From the human T2T-CHM13v2.0 reference genome, Homo sapiens, in assembly GCF_009914755.1 (NCBI RefSeq), contig NC_060933.1: a DNA stretch of 64,000 nucleotides. One strand, written 5' to 3'. Positions 12,641 to 31,156 of the stretch are shown in pieces. The notes beneath the pieces were generated by a model that was given only the letters and a program-made list of their open reading frames with translations, had not been told where the DNA came from and ran no database searches. The translations under genes were made by a program, and so were the position numbers. Position 1 is the first letter of the stretch, and every line of letters begins with the position of its first letter.

Positions 12641-14623
12641 CACCGTGGTTAAAAGACATGGGAATGTAGACAAAGGAGTATAATAAGTAGTCAGTGTCCT
12701 GCTTCTTCAATGGATAAATAATATATAAATGACAAGATATTCATTTTGGATCAGTGATTGGAGAGCAAAAGATAAGTATGCCCAATTGGTCTTTCCATTC
12801 CCTTTACTGACTTACTGACTTATATACCTACTTGTGTGTCCTACAAGATTCAATAAGGACAGACATTGTGTTACATCATTTTGTAGTTAATATGTTGTCA
12901 GACAGAAAGCATTCAATTGTCATGTGTTAATCTGAAGATAACTTTAAAGATTGGAGAGGATTTGAATAGTTCTAGAGGATAGGGCAACAGTTACAGTGAT
13001 GGCATGGGGGTGTTGTGTGTGGGGGTGGGGAGTAAGCGGTTGTGAGGTCTGTGTGAGTGTGGGATATGTGAGGGCTAGACAGTGTGCAACAGCCTAGCTC
13101 TGTTGGAAAGTCCATGCTGGTGATAAATGAGGCATTATCTACCAGGGCTGAGCTTTTAGAGCTCTTATACAAATAGGGTATGGAACGATAGGTATTTCAC
13201 TGGGCATAAAAGGAAATCAAAGAATAATAAATGAACCAGCCCAAGGTCAGAGTATATAAGATAGAATTTATTATATAATCCATATGGCCACTCAAACTCT
13301 CCAACACTCCATTAAAATGAAATCCTTCCAGTGAATTTTAGGGAGTTTTGAAAGACATTCTTTGACCTAGACACCAGATAAGTTATACACAGCTAGACTC
13401 CACTTAATTGCATAATGAATGAATCAACTCTTTGAAATCACTTTACAGAATCCCATACACTATCACATTTCCTTCCTTGTTACCAATACCTGTTAAATGC
13501 AGTCCTTATAGAGAAATAATTCACTTCATTGTATTTAAAAAAAAATGCCCAATTGGAGTTCTTTAAGTGTTGCAGTTCTAATTATCTCACCCCAAATCCA
13601 CTGTGAAGTGATAATTAAGGGCTAAAAGCTAAACCGATTACTGCAAAATTTTCTCCTGACAGCCATTTAATAGCTAATCAGGTGTTAAATCCCCAAATTA
13701 TGCATTTCTCAGCAGCGCACTGATCACAATAAATTTTAAAAGTTTGAGTTATCAACTTGTCTTTCACAACTTTGCCCCAACACACCAAAGCTAAAGGAAT
13801 TACCAATTTAGAGGAGTCAAAATTCTTAATAATTTATTCCATTTCTCTATTTAGAATGCTTGTTTTCATTAATGGTCCTAAGTCTCAGTTCTGGTGACAG
13901 TACCTTATCATAAAACCTGCCTTTGCGCAGTGAAGAATAACCCATCTTATTAGTATCAACATATTAGATTGCTTAATTTGCATATCTATAACACCTACAA
14001 CTAGATCTGTGAAGGTCATGGAGCCAGTATATGCACTAATGGTATTTAGGACCATCTTATATGGCTTTACTAGCTTTAAATGCCCTGAGTTTTCACTGTT
14101 ATATTACACATGCTCCCGCTACAGGGGTACAAGTAGTCCCACCATTGTTCTAATACTGCAAAGTTGAGTCTGTGGCCAGAAACTCTGAACTTCACTCTAG
14201 AGGGACCACTCACAGCACATCCAATCTACAGTGACCAGATAGACACCTTTCAGAGATAGAGTGTGAGAGGGAGAGCAAAAGAGTGAGAGCAAGAACAAAA
14301 GTGAGAGAAAGAGAACAACAATATATCTATGTGTTAATTAATGGACCATCACATACAGCCTCCTAATGTTGAGGAATTGTAGCCTCATATCCCTACTTCA
14401 ATAAAATGGGGGAAGTGAATTAACAGGAAAGTTTTATTTAGATAGATCAGATGGTTTATATACATAGTGTGTGTGCAAATATATATATATACACATCTGT
14501 GTATAATTTTTCATTGTTTTGAACAATTCTAAAATAAAAATAATTTACAAAGGCTATCTGTGGTCAGTTTCCACATTTTAATGATAAAAGCAGTGGAGTA
14601 ATATAACACATTTATTTCAAGGT

Positions 14624-15630
14624 CAGTGGTTTTCAACCAAGGGAGATTTTTCATCCTAAAGGATATTTGGCAATATCTGGACACATTTTAGTTGTCACAA
14701 GTGGAGAGACGATATTACTGGCATTTAGTGAATAGAGGCCAGGGATTCTGCTAAACATTAAACAATGCAAAAGAAAGCTCCCAACTGACAACAACAAAAA
14801 ATATCTGGCTGGTACTGAAATGGGATAGTTCCCTTGTCCCCTTCATGGGACTCGTGAGGAAGGTGGCTTGTTTACTCAGCCTGCAGCTCTTAACCCCTCA
14901 CAAGAGGAGGCACACGCAGGTGAGTGGATGCAGGGGCTGAGATGAGTTCTTCTGGGTGCTGGCAAAAATAGAACTCCGTGCAGTCCCACAGCAGCATCTG
15001 GCGAGGGCGGGGGTGTTATCCATGACCCCTGGAACCCCAGAGGACATCTGTTACAGTGTGCTTTTTTAGCTTTGCCATCCAAGGATGGCTTAAGTATTTA
15101 ATGGCTCAGTGGGACAGCCCTCTGTATCTTGAGCTCTGGTTTGGCATCCAGGAGGAATAAGGTCACAGGAACGAATTGAAGATGGTAAATGTGGAGGATT
15201 TTATTGCCGATGAAAGTGGCTGTCATTGGGATGGGGAGCTGGAAAGGGATGGAGTGGGAAGATGGTCTCCCCCTGGAGTTTGTCCATCCCTGGCCAAACT
15301 CTTCTCCAAAGTCCCACCATCAAGCTGTCCCTTTAAAGCCAAGCTGCTCCTCTCTAATGTCCAGCTGCTGCTTCTCTCCTTCTCTCCCACTCCAGTGCTA
15401 ATGGAGCCTGGGGTTTTATGGGTACAGGATAGGAGACAGGGCAGGCCAGGGGGGGCTTTGGAAAAGGCAACATTCAGGCTGGAAAACAGGAATGCATGTT
15501 CTCACTTTGGGCCATGGGTCTAGGCTTGAGGGTGTGGCTTTGCCAGGGACCTAACCCTTCTCTGCCTGGTATTTCCCTGCCTTCTGTCCCTATAGGTAAT
15601 GCCAATAGTGCTAAGGCTGAGAAACTCTGC
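14624..15630. mobile_element. MER20 (hAT-Charlie MITE) split by an LTR: 14624-14815 and 15596-15630
   Basis: CAGTGGTTTTCAACC..ATTTGGCAATATCTGG..GAGGCCAGGGATTCTGCTAAACAT..TATCTGGC, resuming after the LTR as ATGCCAATAGTGCTAAGGCTGAGAAACTCTG (MER20 end). Confidence 0.85.
14816..15595 (-). mobile_element. ERV1 solo LTR, LTR1 family (LTR1B/D-like)
   Basis: Minus strand reads ..ATAGGGACAGAAGGCAGGGAAATACC..CCCTCAAGCCT..TGAGAACATGCATTCCTGTTTTCC..GGCAATAAAATCCTCC..GGGAACTATCCCATTTCA. GGTA occurs on both flanks. Confidence 0.85.
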
Positions 15631-15770
15631 TCTAGGTGCTAGACTCCCATGGCTTTGACACTTCACTACATCTGTATTCCCCAGTCCTTGGGGACAGTTA
15701 AAGGGCATGATGGAACATGGGAACAAGGTCCTATAGATCTCATTTGGAGGGTCCATTCTGTTCACCATCT

Positions 15771-16070
15771 TTTTTTTTTTTCTTTTGTGAGACCAAGTCT
15801 CGCTTCATCACCCAGCCTGGAGGGCAATGGCATGATCTCGGCTCACTGCAATCTCCGCTTCCCAGTTTCAAGCGATTCTCATGCCTCAGCCTCCTGAGTA
15901 GCTGGGATTACAGGCGCACGCCATCACGCCCAGGTAATTTTTGTATTTTTAGTAGAGACAGGGTTTCACCACATTGGCCAGGCTGGTCTCGAACTCCTGA
16001 CTTAAGTGCTCTGCCTGCCTTGGCCTCACAAAAGTGTTGGTATTACAGGGGTGTGCCACCACACCCAGAC
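15771..16070 (-). mobile_element. AluS (Sz/Sx-like)
   Basis: Full reverse dimer. TSD CACCATCTTT at 15763 and 16071. Confidence 0.95.
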
Positions 16071-16143
16071 CACCATCTTTTAAGAGAATATATAATTCTA
16101 CTATTAACTCCACGATCTTTTTCTCCCATTTTTTAAATCTTCA

Positions 16144-16735
16144 TTAATTCTCCTCATTATTCACCAAAATACCTCCTCACTGCCCAGGTGCATTTATCGG
16201 TTTAATTTTATATTTACATATTTATTTAGCAAATAACCTTCAAGTGCCTACTGTGTGCTGTGTATGGTCCTTGACCTCATGGATATTAATTAGACATTAG
16301 TGGTAAATACCAGGAAAGATGTAATAAATATAAAAACTTAAGAAAAAATATATATACCAGATCACTTATATTTGTGGATCCTGATGGGGATTATTTTATT
16401 TGGACTGAGATTTTCTTGGGGGAATAAGTAGGGAGAAGCACATCAAAGAATAAAAATTGGAAAATGACCTATTTATAAAAGGAATGGGTTTAGAACTGGG
16501 ACAGTTCAACCTATAGAGGGTAAAGCCAAAGTATAATGTCATAAAATGATAAAAGTCTTAATTATTTCCTTCTTTTCTTCAATTTCTCTTCTAATCAAAA
16601 TAATACATGTGTTTGTTTCAAAGTCATGCAATAATTAGTATGAATAAATAGCAGTTCCATTTCCCTGTGTCCCTCCCTGTGACTTGACACCTGATTATCA
16701 AAAGTATTCACTTTTGCTTATTTTACCTATTTCTT
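16144..16735 (+). repeat. Old direct duplication, copy A (pairs with 31674-32256)
   Basis: Colinear exact anchors TTATTCACCAAAATACCTCC, AGAATAAAAATTGGAAAATGAC, AATTTCTCTTCTAATCAAA and ACTTTTGCTTATTTTA. Confidence 0.9.
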
Positions 16736-17333
16736 GTGACATTAAGTATGATATTTCTAAATAACATGCTTATACCACTATTTCTTAGTTTTTCCTAGCA
16801 GGGGTAGCCTCCTGCTTCAGAGGCCCTCAAGTGTCATAAAAACACAAAACAACCTATTAGAAAACGTACAAGCACCTCTACCTTGTAGTATGTGTTGCTC
16901 AGGACTCACATAGAACAAACTATTTTTCTAAACATTGGCACACATGACCAACACTACTCAAGCCCTAGGGAAGCACTTCTTAATATTTCTTTTCTTGTGT
17001 TCTAAAATCAAAGAGCCTGCCATTTGGTGGGTTGTGACACTACTGATACATAGACATCACTTCACTGTGTGCCAATGATTTGAGTGGCAGAAGCTTTCAG
17101 TAAAGACAAAGGACAAATTAATTAACTTGTCAAATCCCCCCTCTCAGATTCTTGAACAAAGACTCATTTCCCAGGAACTTCTAGTGTCCATTGTCTAGTT
17201 CCCAATGTATAGTTTCATAGGTAATCACAAGTCAACACAGTATTTACAGTAATTGCATGTGGTGACTGAGGAAAAATTTTGCTTTATTAAACAGTTTATG
17301 TTATTCCTCATCAAATTTGGGAAGCTTTTAAAA

Positions 17334-18040
17334 ATTAATAGACTTTAATTTTTTTTAATTTTGTTTTTTGGAACAGTGTCAGATTTACAGGAAAATTGGG
17401 CAGATAATACAGAATGTTCCATGTAACCCTCTATGTCTTTTTCACAATTTCTCCTACTATTAACATCTTACATTAGTGTGGTCCATTTGTTATAATTAGT
17501 GAACCAATACTGATATATCATTATCAAGTAAAGTCTAAAATTTACATTAAGTTTCCTTGTGTTATACAGTTGTGTGTGTGTGCATGCGAGAGAGAGAGAA
17601 AGAGAAATACAGTTCTATGGGTTCTGGTAAATGCATAATGCCATGTATCCACCATTACAGTATCATACAAAATAGCTTGGCTGCACTAAAATTCTCCTGT
17701 GCTTCATCTGTTCATTTATCTACCTGCTCAGAAATTCCTTGAAACCACTGAGTTTTTACTGTATCTATAGTTTTGCCTTTTTCAGAATGTCATATATTAT
17801 AATCATACGATATGTAGTCTTTCCAGACCAGACTCTTGCATTTAGTAATGTATATTTAAGGTTTCTCCATGTATTTTTGTGACTTGATATCTTTTTGTAA
17901 AAAATCACTGAATAATATTTCATTGTATGTATGTACTATAGTTTGTTTATTCATTTGCCTATTGAAGAACATCTTGCTTGCTTCCAGTTTTTGGTGATTA
18001 TGAACGAAATTGCTATAAACCTGTGTACGAGTTTTGTGTT
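17334..18040 (-). mobile_element. L1MC/L1MD-type 3' end
   Basis: aatagacttt..cagatttacaggaaaattg..ttaacatcttacattagtgtgg..tgaaccaatactgata..catgtatccaccattacagtatcatac. Confidence 0.8.
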
Positions 18041-19500
18041 TTCAGAAATTTCCAAATGTTTTCATCTGCCTTTTTCTCCATTCCATTTAGGATTCTAGTT
18101 ACATGCATACAGGACAGCATTTCACCTTTGTACAGGTCTCTAAGACTTTGTTCATTTTTCAATTTTTAAATTCTCTCTGTTCTTCAAATGGCATAATTTT
18201 ATTGATCATTATGTTTATTGAGTCTTTTTATAATCACAAATCTTCTGTTGAGGTCATCTAGTGAATTTTTAAGTTCAGTTGTTGCACTCTTCAGCTCTAG
18301 AATTTCCACTTGTTTCTTTCTTCAATTTTATTAATACTTTCAATTTCTTTGTTGAGATTTACTCATTAATGCAATTTTTAAAAATTCCTTGAACTTATTT
18401 ATATTATTTCATTTAGAGAACTTTCTGATAAATATATAATAATATCTGGGCCCCACTTGATATCTGTTTGTATTGGTGCCTCCTTTTTTCTCTGATATGG
18501 ATCAGTCTTTTCTGTTTATTTGCATCTCTGGTGATTTTTGCTTGAAGACTGAACATCATAAATAATATGCTATAGTGACTCTGGATTCTGTACTGTTCTT
18601 CAAAAGATGCCTGAGGTTTCTGCTCTAATATACAACTACCTTGTCTGGACTCCAGCTACGAATTCTGAATTCTCATGAATGACAGTTTGTTGTTGTTGTT
18701 TTTCCCGGCTTCCAGTTGCTGGAAAGTTGAAAGCTTCCAGCTGCTTGAAAGTTTATTTTCAACATGGCCCCCTAATTACTTTTCCTGTGTCTGCATAGTT
18801 TAGCATTCAAGAATTTGAGTGGGTTTATACTAAGATTTTGGGGTTTATCCTCTTTGTGCTTCTGCAGTTCCCCGTAAATTTCCAGTTGGTTCTTCAGCCC
18901 CTACTGAAGTTCTTCCTACTGATATCTCAAGCCAGTAAAGCTTCCACTTTTTGCCGCACAAACTGTATGTGGATAGGGAATGCACTCAGTAGAAGGCATA
19001 ATAAGTTTACAAATCTCATTGAGCAGCATTGTTTTTCACTTGTAAACAATTCTTTAGTTTCTGCCGGCTTTTTTGTTGAGCTCCCTGAGATCTCCTGTGT
19101 ACATATACAGTTTAGCAGTCAGCCACGGATTTGAGCAGAGTTAATACTCATATTTTGGATCTCAGCCTTTCTGATCCTCTCTCACTTCCAAAAATTGCTC
19201 CCTTAAATTTCCTGCTACTTGATGATCTGATGATCTGAACTTTCTTGTCTTCCACCTCAAGCTGGCAAGATTGCAATTTTCTGTCACCAGAGCTGGGACG
19301 GGGATTGAAGAGGTATTTAGGCAACAAAGCCACAAAATCCCAGTTCTCACCCAAAGCACTAAAAGTCTGTCAAGACTATCGCCTTCTCCAGTCTCTACTT
19401 GTCATTGGTCATTTTCCAGTGCCTTGAAGTAATTGCTTTATTTTTACCCAGTTTTTAAAATAATTGTCTATAGGAGGTCAACTTCTTCATGTCAACATCA
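18041..19500 (-). mobile_element. Old L1M ORF1/5' region fragment
   Basis: ggattctagttacatgcata..tacaggtctctaagactttgttcatttt..cttctgttgaggtcatctagtgaattttt..tcagctctagaatttcc. Confidence 0.65.
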
Positions 19501-19529
19501 CTGAATATTAGGCTTATATCATATTAAAC

Positions 19530-22388
<2,859 letters not shown>

Positions 22389-25300
22389 GAAAAAGATATT
22401 TCATGCAAACAGTAACCAAAAGAGAGCCAAAGTGATTATATTAATATGAAACAAAATAGAATATAGGTCAGAACTTATCGCAAGAGACAGGGCATTATAT
22501 AACCACACAAGGGTCAATTTACCAAAAACATTTAATAAGTATGCAACAAACATCAGAACTCTTAAATATATAAAGCCAACATTGACAGAATTAAAGATAT
22601 AGGTCAACAATAATAGTAAGAGTCTTCAAAATCCCATTTCGATAACGAATAAAACAACCATAGAGAAGATCACTAAAGAAATAAAGGACTTCATCAACAC
22701 TGTAGTTCAAATTGAAGTAAAAGATAGATATATAAAGGACATTCTACTCAACAACAATATAATATATGGTTTTCTTAAGTATACACATGGAACATCCTTC
22801 AGGATAAAACATATTAAGCCACAAAGCACGTCTTAATACATCTTGAAAGATTAAACCATACGAAGTATTTTTTCCTGATTACAATGGAATGAAACTAGAA
22901 ATAATACCAGAAAAATTATTGGAAAATCTATAAGTATCTGGAAATTAAATAACAGCTTTAAATAAACAATAGATCAAAGAAAAAATCACAAGAGAAATTA
23001 AAAAATGTTTTCAGACAAATGAAACTAAAAACACAATATACCAAACCTGTGAGATACAGTGAAAGTAGTGCTAATTAGAACATTTATAGCAGTAAATGTT
23101 TACATTAAAAAGGAAAAAAGATCTCAAATCAACAACCTAACTTTACACCTCAAGGATCTAGACAGGAATAAACTAAACCCAATGCTAGCAGAATGAAGAA
23201 AATATTAAACATTAGAGCAGGTATTTAAAAAATAGAGACTAAAAAATAGAGAACATCAATCAACCCAAGAGTTGGTTATTTGAAGAGATCAATGAAATTG
23301 ACAAACCTTTACCTGGATTAACTAAGGAAGAACAAAAACACAGAAGACTCATGTAGCTAAAATCAGAAATAAAAGAAGCAACATTACAACTGATGCCACA
23401 GAAATGAAAATGATTATAAGAGGAAAATTTCAACAATTGTATCCCAACAGATTTAATAAGCTAGATGAAATAAATAAATTCATGGAAACACACACCTTAC
23501 CAAGACTGAATCATGAAGAAACAGAAAAATCTGAACAGACCTATAACTAGTAAGGAGATTGGATGGGTAATTAAAAATCCTCCCGTTGCAACAACGACAA
23601 AGAAGCCCAGAACCAGATGACGATGACTTCACTGGTGAATTCTACCAAATATTTAAAAAATTAATACCAACCCTCTTCATCTTCCAAAACATTGAAGCAG
23701 AGGTAACATTTTCAAACTCACTCCATGAGGCCAGCATTAACCAGACCAAGACTATGCAGGAAAACTAAAGACCAGTAATCCCAATGAATACTGATGCAAC
23801 AATCCCCAACAAAATATTAGCAAACCAAACTTAATAGCATATTAAAATAATTATAAACTATGACTAACTAGGGTTTCTTTCTGGAATGAATGATTCAACA
23901 TACAAAAATGAATCAGTGTAACACTTCACGTTAATGGAAGTTTTGCAAAAACAGATGATCAACTCAGTTGATACAGAAAAATCACTTGACAAAATTCTAC
24001 ACCTTTGTATGATAAAAACACTCAACAAATTAGGAATAGAAGGAAACTAGCTGAACATAATTAAGGCCATGTTTTTTTAAACCCTGCAGCTAACATACAC
24101 AATGGTAAATGACTGAAAGCTTTTCTTCTAATATATGGAATAAGACAAGTTTGCCTACTATCACCTCTTCTATTTAACATAGTCCTGGAAATCTAGTCAA
24201 ATCAATTAGGTAAGAAAAAGACAAAAGGCTTTCAAATTAGAAGGAAGAAGTAAAATTATCTCTGTTCACAGACGATAAGATCTTATATGAGAGAAAACTT
24301 AAGGATTCCACACGCAAGAAGAGTTATTAGAACTAATAAGTAAATTAGGAAAGTTACAGGATACAAAATAAACACACAAAATGCAACTGAATTTCTATAC
24401 ATTAACAATAAATAATTCTAAAAGAAAATTAAAACAGTTCCTTTTATAATAGCATCAAAAGGAATAAAATAGAATAGGAGTAAACTTATCTATAGGTGGA
24501 AGACTCGTACACTGGAAATTACAAAATGTTGCTGAAAGAAATTTAAAAAGATACACATAAATGGGAAAACATCCAATCATGGATTGGAAGACTTAATATT
24601 GTTAAGATGTCAATACTACCCAAAGTGATGAATAGATTTAATGTAATCCCTTTCAAAATCCAATGGCGTAAATGCATGAATAGAAAAATTCATCCTAAAA
24701 TTCAGATGGATTTTCAAGGGTCTCTGTATAGCCAAAACAATCTTGAAAAAGAATAACATAGTAGAAGTCTCACACTTCTTTCAGATTTTAGAATTTATTA
24801 CAAAGCTACAGAAATCAAAACACTATAGTACTGGAATAAAAGCAGACACACAGACCAATGAAATAGAAAAGGAATCTCAGAAATGAACCCTCAAATATTT
24901 GGTTAACTAATTTTCAACAAAGGTGTCAAGACTATTGAGTGACAAAAGGGTAGTCTTTTCAACAAATGATGCTGAGAAAACTGATGTCCACATGCTAAAC
25001 AATAAAGATGAACCTTAACATATCACAGATAAAAGCTAACTTAAAATTAATCAAAGACCTAATGGAAGCCCTAACACTATAAAACTCTTGGAGGAAGGCA
25101 TAAGGAAAAAGCTTTAGGACAGTGGATTTGGCAATAATTTCTTGGAGGTGACCCAAAAGCACAGGCAACAGAAAAAACCTGGATAAATCAGAGTACATTA
25201 AAATAAATATTTCTGTGAATAAAAGGACAACATCAACAGAATGAAAAGGCAACCTATGTAATAGAGGACAATATTTGCAAATCATATATCTGATAATGAG

Positions 25301-26205
25301 TTAATATCCAGAGTGTAAAAAGAACTTCTACAACTCAACAACGACGACAAAACACAAATATCCCAATTCAAAAATAGGCACATGACTTCAACAGATATTT
25401 TTTTCTAAAGAAGTTATCCAAATGGCTAAGAAGCACATGAAAATATACTCAATATCAGTAAATATTAGGGAAATGCAAATCAAAACTACAGTGAGATACC
25501 ACCTCACATCCATTAGTATGTCTACAGTAAGGAAAAAGAAGCAGAAAATAAGTGTTGGCAAGGATATGAAGGCATTGGAATTCTCCTGCACTGTTAGTAG
25601 AGATGTAAATGTTCTATTTTCTATGGAAAACTGTATAGTGGCCCCTCAAAAATTTAAAAATAGAGTTACCATAATAACCATTAATTCCACTTCTAAGCAT
25701 ATATCTAAAAAAAAATGAATGCAGGATCTTGAAGAGATATTTGTACACCTACATTCATAGCAGCATTATTCACAATAGCCAAAAGGTGAAACCAACCAAG
25801 GGTCCATCGATGGATGAACTGATAAATGAAAGGAGCTTATGTATACAATGGAATATATTCAAGCTTCAAAAGAAAGATTATTCTGACACATGGTTCAACG
25901 TGGATGAACCTTGATGACACTATGTTAACCAAAATAAGCCAGTCACCAAAAGACAAAAGACAGTATCATTCTATTTTTATTGGATATCTTGAATAGTCAA
26001 ATTCATAGAAATGGTCGTGACAAAGTCTCAGGGGAGGGGAAATGGGAAATTGTTGTTCAATGGGTAGAGCATTTCAGTTTTATTAGATAAAAAGTTCTGG
26101 ATATTGGTTGCCCAGCAATATTAATTATCTCCAGAAAGTGAATTTTATGCTTTAAAAAATTGTGATGGTAAGTTTTATGTTTATTTTTCCATAATTTTTT
26201 AAAAG
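22389..26205 (+). mobile_element. L1MB-type element, part 2 (decayed ORF2 to 3'UTR)
   Basis: Continuous decayed ORF2 homology (e.g. [18 protein letters not shown]). The 3' end gggaaattgttgttcaatgggtagagcatttcagtt..aaaagttctgga is typical of L1MB. Confidence 0.9.
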
Positions 26206-26209
26206 ACCA

Positions 26210-28380
<2,171 letters not shown>

Positions 28381-28904
28381 ACTTCAATATCTTCATTCTT
28401 AAATCTCTTTATCTTGGCCCATGTTCAAGGATAGAATTGTCTATGCTGAGCAGTGTTTTGTTTTCTCCTCATTATTGTTCACTCATATTTTCAACATCTA
28501 CTACATGACAAACATTCTACCAAGCTGAACGAGACATTAGGTACATTGCAAGGAACAGTCTCCTCTTGAGAAACCTATTTCTGCCTTTGCTGTAAGAAGG
28601 TTGTTAAGGAAAACACTTACCACATAAGCCTCTACATGAATTATTTTGCCTTCAAATACTCAGAAAATCTTTGCTTCTTCTGAAGAGTAAAAACCCCACC
28701 CCATATAAACTGTGCAATTTAGCATGCCTCACTTTGCACCTAGGTTTTCAGAAAGCTTATTATTAACTGTGAGATTTTAACCACATCTTTATAAGTTACA
28801 GGATTTTCTTTTCACCTCTTATTCTTGAATTTCTATTCTTATATCTTTATCTTTCTTGATTTTCAGTTCAAAAATATTATATAGGTTTCTTTCAAGATGC
28901 CTCG

Positions 28905-29260
28905 TGCTATGGTTTGAATGTGTCTTCCAAAATTCAGGTGTTGATACATAATGGCCAATGTAATGATATTAAGAGGTGAGCCCTTTAAGAGGTGATTAGG
29001 TCATAAGGGCTCCTTCTTCATGAACAGGATTCAGGTCCTTACAAAACAGGCTTGATGCAGCATTTACCTTGCTTGCTCTTCCACCTTCCACCATGCGAGG
29101 ACACTGCATTCCTCTCCTCTGCAGGATTCAGCAAGAAGGTGCCATCTTGGAAGTAAAGAGCAGTCCTCACCAGACAACCAAACCTACCATTGCCTTGATC
29201 TTAGACTTCGCAGCCTCCAGAACTGTGAGAAAATAATTTTTTTTTGTATCTCTATAAAAT
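28905..29260 (+). mobile_element. MaLR solo LTR (MSTD-like), 3' end degraded
   Basis: TGCTATGGTTTGAATGTGTC..CAAAATTCAGGTGTTG..GCCATCTTGGAAG..CCTTGATCTTAGACTTCGCAGCCTCCAGAACTGTGAGA. Confidence 0.85.
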
Positions 29261-31112
29261 AATGAAGATAATTCATATTATTTGTTCAATGAGATGGCAT
29301 TTGCATTTCTATTTGCATTCATGAAGAAGACAAATAGTTAATAAAAATTAACTGAGCACTTCTTGCTAAAACACTTAGAGTGAACTTTAAGGAACTTTTT
29401 CAAAGAAAAGGAAAAGCTTTTCTTCTTCTCTATTATGGATAGAATAAGGGTCAAATAATAGTAACTTGCATCAATATCGGGCATTTAGTAGTTTCTTTAA
29501 AATATTTCCTAAGCAAATGAATGAATGGAAGAATTTCTTAGCATTCTTGTTAATTATCAGAATTAAGGTTTGTTAATTATCAGAATGCTTTGCTGCTGCA
29601 AAATTAAATGATCCCTTTCATTGGCATAAATCAACTAACATGTATTAAGTACCTTTTTAGTTTGATGTCTTCTTTAATTAAAACCCTTTTTTTTTTTTTT
29701 TGGTCTGGAAAAAGAATAAACTTGATCTCTCAATGGCCCTGTCACTGTAAGATTTGATGCTTTCTGTGATTTTATAGCACTACTCGTTGTTTGATTTTAT
29801 ATTTTAGAGCAAGTCTCTAAGCATTTAAGAAGTCAGTAAAGCAATTTAGACCTTCACCCAGATCAATGCCTTGAACTTCTGAAGACTGGATTTTTGTCGT
29901 CCTCCCATGTTTCAGAATCATATAAAACAAAAACAAAATCAGTCTTGGTTGAGTGATGGGGTGCTCTTGGAAGGGCCGGCTATATTTCCGGGTATGAGAA
30001 TATATAGCTCTTCTCCAAGAGTCTACCCACCAGCTCTCACCAGGTTCTCCCGTGCAGATGCCTCACCCTCCCTAAAAATGGCAAAAAAATTGACAGGTAG
30101 TGTAAGATCAAGAGAGTTCTTACACTTAGTAAAATCTATAAAAGTTTGATTATTCAAGATTCTGATCTTGAATAATCTTTTTAAAATAGGTCTCTGATGG
30201 ATTCTGTTGTTGGTTGTTGATTGTTGTTATTGTTGTTGTAACGCTTATTTGCCATTCTGCCGGTTTCAGTCAATATTAGCTAGTTCATGGCACTTCCAAA
30301 GTATTAATACAATGCAAGGATTTATAATTTTCTTGGGTGGCTTACTTTTCTCCATGAGGGAAAGGTGGAAGAAACAATATTGGCTAAGCAAATGTTAATA
30401 TTCAGAATATGATTTAAAGTACAGAGCTCAGATTGGCTTTTCCATTACACTGAAGGATTACAGAGATGCGGAGAAACACTGTTGGTTCATCATTACTAAC
30501 ACATACGTGCCAGGACATACAGGCAGGTCGAAAGATTGAAAAGCAACCACCTTAGCTCTGAATTCCAGGGAGTTTACAGGCTTAAATCACAGAGACTTGA
30601 CATCAGGCAAATGGAGTTTCTGAGGCTGAACAATAATTTGGAATCAAAGGTATTTGAGAATGCCAATTATTAAGAAAAATTCTTTTCTCAGGATCACCAT
30701 AGCAAAGAAACTCCTAGAAATGTGGTTATGCCAGTTCTTGCCTTCCATAATTTAAGCTGTCTGTACCTTTTTGTTGGAAGTAAGCATTTTGACCAACCTG
30801 GTTTGATATTCCACGTAGTCCTGTGAGAAGATGGGGAAAATCTGTGATAGAGGTTCCTGGAGAAAAAAAAATCTCAAGCCTGTTAAAAGACAGGGCAGAT
30901 TCACCTTTGAACAGGATTACATCATGTGTATTCAAGGACTGGGGCCACTGCACTTCTCCTCTTAGTGGGAAAAGACCATTTGACCATATCTTGACTTTCT
31001 TCACCTTTAGGTGAAGAAAGTAGAGATTTTGACTGATGACATAATAAAAGTTGAAATTTGGAGACTGAGTTAAAGAAGGGAAGGCCTCTTCTTGATGTTG
31101 ACGTGATAGGAG

Positions 31113-31156
31113 ACATACATACACACAGACACACACACACACACACAGACACATAC
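31113..31156. repeat. Interrupted (CA)n microsatellite
   Basis: Directly visible. Confidence 0.9.
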
